A DNA stretch of 63,832 bases, counting the filler, from Octopus bimaculoides (lineage: Eukaryota), in NCBI RefSeq assembly GCF_001194135.2. It is 8 parts of 6 records of this genome, joined end to end, with 100 filler letters (N's around TTAATTAATTAA, not from the genome) between each part and the next. Parts side by side here need not be neighbours in the genome. Positions count along the whole stretch, not along the records: positions 61,708 to 63,832 come from NW_026367558.1; 7 more parts are not named here. One strand, given 5' to 3'. The position numbers and the translations under genes were made by a program. Positions within the stretch are counted from its first letter, which is position 1; the number at the start of each line of letters is the position of its first letter. Positions 62,031-63,832 of this stretch are shown here, piece by piece. Under the pieces are notes generated by a model. The model saw only the letters and a program-made list of their open reading frames with translations. It did not search any database and was not told the DNA's origin.

Positions 62031-62273
62031 GTGTGATATCATAAGACCAGTATTGCAACATATTATTGTAATGTGATGTCATAAGACCAGTATTGCAACA
62101 TGTTATCATAGTGTGATGTCATAAGACCAGTATTGCAACATGTTATCATAGTGTGACGTCATAAGACCAGTATTGCAACATATTATTGTAATGTGATGTC
62201 ATAAGACCAGTATTGCAACATGTTACCATAGTGTGATGTCATAATACCAGTATTGCAACATATTATTGTAATG
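62031..62273. repeat. 40-bp minisatellite running into an assembly gap
   Basis: Unit ATAAGACCAGTATTGCAACA + variable block + GTGATGTC, about 6 visible copies, with degenerate copies upstream (61700-62030). Confidence 0.95.
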
Positions 62274-63832
62274 NNNNNNNNNNNNNNNNNNNNNNNNNNN
62301 NNNNNNNNNNNNNNNNNNNNNNNNNNNNNNNNNNNNNNNNNNNNNNNNNNNNNNNNNNNNNNNNNNNNNNNNNNNNNNNNNNNNNNNNNNNNNNNNNNNN
62401 NNNNNNNNNNNNNNNNNNNNNNNNNNNNNNNNNNNNNNNNNNNNNNNNNNNNNNNNNNNNNNNNNNNNNNNNNNNNNNNNNNNNNNNNNNNNNNNNNNNN
62501 NNNNNNNNNNNNNNNNNNNNNNNNNNNNNNNNNNNNNNNNNNNNNNNNNNNNNNNNNNNNNNNNNNNNNNNNNNNNNNNNNNNNNNNNNNNNNNNNNNNN
62601 NNNNNNNNNNNNNNNNNNNNNNNNNNNNNNNNNNNNNNNNNNNNNNNNNNNNNNNNNNNNNNNNNNNNNNNNNNNNNNNNNNNNNNNNNNNNNNNNNNNN
62701 NNNNNNNNNNNNNNNNNNNNNNNNNNNNNNNNNNNNNNNNNNNNNNNNNNNNNNNNNNNNNNNNNNNNNNNNNNNNNNNNNNNNNNNNNNNNNNNNNNNN
62801 NNNNNNNNNNNNNNNNNNNNNNNNNNNNNNNNNNNNNNNNNNNNNNNNNNNNNNNNNNNNNNNNNNNNNNNNNNNNNNNNNNNNNNNNNNNNNNNNNNNN
62901 NNNNNNNNNNNNNNNNNNNNNNNNNNNNNNNNNNNNNNNNNNNNNNNNNNNNNNNNNNNNNNNNNNNNNNNNNNNNNNNNNNNNNNNNNNNNNNNNNNNN
63001 NNNNNNNNNNNNNNNNNNNNNNNNNNNNNNNNNNNNNNNNNNNNNNNNNNNNNNNNNNNNNNNNNNNNNNNNNNNNNNNNNNNNNNNNNNNNNNTACAAT
63101 CTGTTTTTTCATATTGTCCCAATACAAGATATCTGAAAGTCACCATATGACATATTTACAGTACTACTCATTTACTTGTTCTCTAAAATGTTTTACTATC
63201 AATATTCATTTTCTAGTTTACTTTTGTAAGGTCGAGAGTTTCTTTACAAATAATGCTTTTATTTATTTTATGCCTCTTCTAGAGTATAGTACAATCATCT
63301 TGAAACTGGTTCAAACTCTGGCATAATGATTCTATAGGCTTGTGAGAGACCTAAATCACACACATTGGACAATTCTTTACCTCCTCTCTGAACCTTCCCT
63401 CTTTCCTCTTTCTGACAAAGAGCTATGCTCAAGACATCACATCCCATATTTTTACCATCTCAAACTGATCATCAACCTAATATATTCACTGTGTACACCC
63501 TTTTGACTTTTTCTGTTTGTTTTTCTGTTTGTTTTTATATTTGATTTGCCTCCCTCCCTACCTACCTACATAATACATACATGCATACATACATACATAC
63601 ATACGAACATACGTACATATGTACATACATACATATGTACATACATACATACATACATACATACATACATACATTGTTATTAATCAAAGTACGTGGAGGA
63701 ATAGAAGAAATGAAGTCGAAAATGCATGGGGGATATATTAGAATTAATTAGAATTTAATTATACTTTAAAATATAAGAATACACTTGACTGGTTTCACAA
63801 TATATTAAGCATATACCTGTCTGTATGTACAA

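Noticed and set aside
62031-62273. CRISPR-like repeat/spacer look
   Set aside because: The variable parts are two recurring 12-nt variants, not unique spacers; eukaryotic context with no cas genes.
6701-63326. Long ORFs in the track made mostly of X (e.g. 6701-7662, 21768-22985, 28368-29213, 44071-44880, 62183-63326)
   Set aside because: They only read through N gaps; no coding evidence.

Overview
AT-rich, microsatellite- and SINE-dense animal genomic DNA. The repeat families look most like a coleoid cephalopod (Octopus-type); this is recalled resemblance, not a database result. The window is not one continuous locus. Seven identical 100-bp spacers (44 N + TTAATTAATTAA + 44 N) join eight separately assembled pieces: 1-8933, 9034-16557, 16658-35144, 35245-42061, 42162-50387, 50488-55313, 55414-61607 and 61708-63832. 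Adjacency across the spacers is unproven. Two host genes are well supported. One is the last six coding exons of BAZ1A/ACF1 (minus strand, 398-8781; two PHD fingers and a bromodomain; all splice phases close). The other is a single-coding-exon class A orphan GPCR (minus, 51147-52403). A small exon encoding a signal peptide, missed by the ORF track, lies at 43569-43789 (minus). The rest is transposon debris: Penelope-like elements (several beside hammerhead-ribozyme-like cores), RTE and Tx1/L1 LINE fragments, mariner, Tc1, Tigger, Gypsy, Helitron, several MITEs and three tRNA-type SINE families. I cannot demonstrate a new biological system. The strongest leads are (i) two divergent, head-to-head ORF1-only (HAL1-like) retroelements whose 3' tail matches the tail of the commonest SINE, (ii) the hammerhead motifs, (iii) the hidden signal-peptide exon and (iv) long fold-back hairpins.
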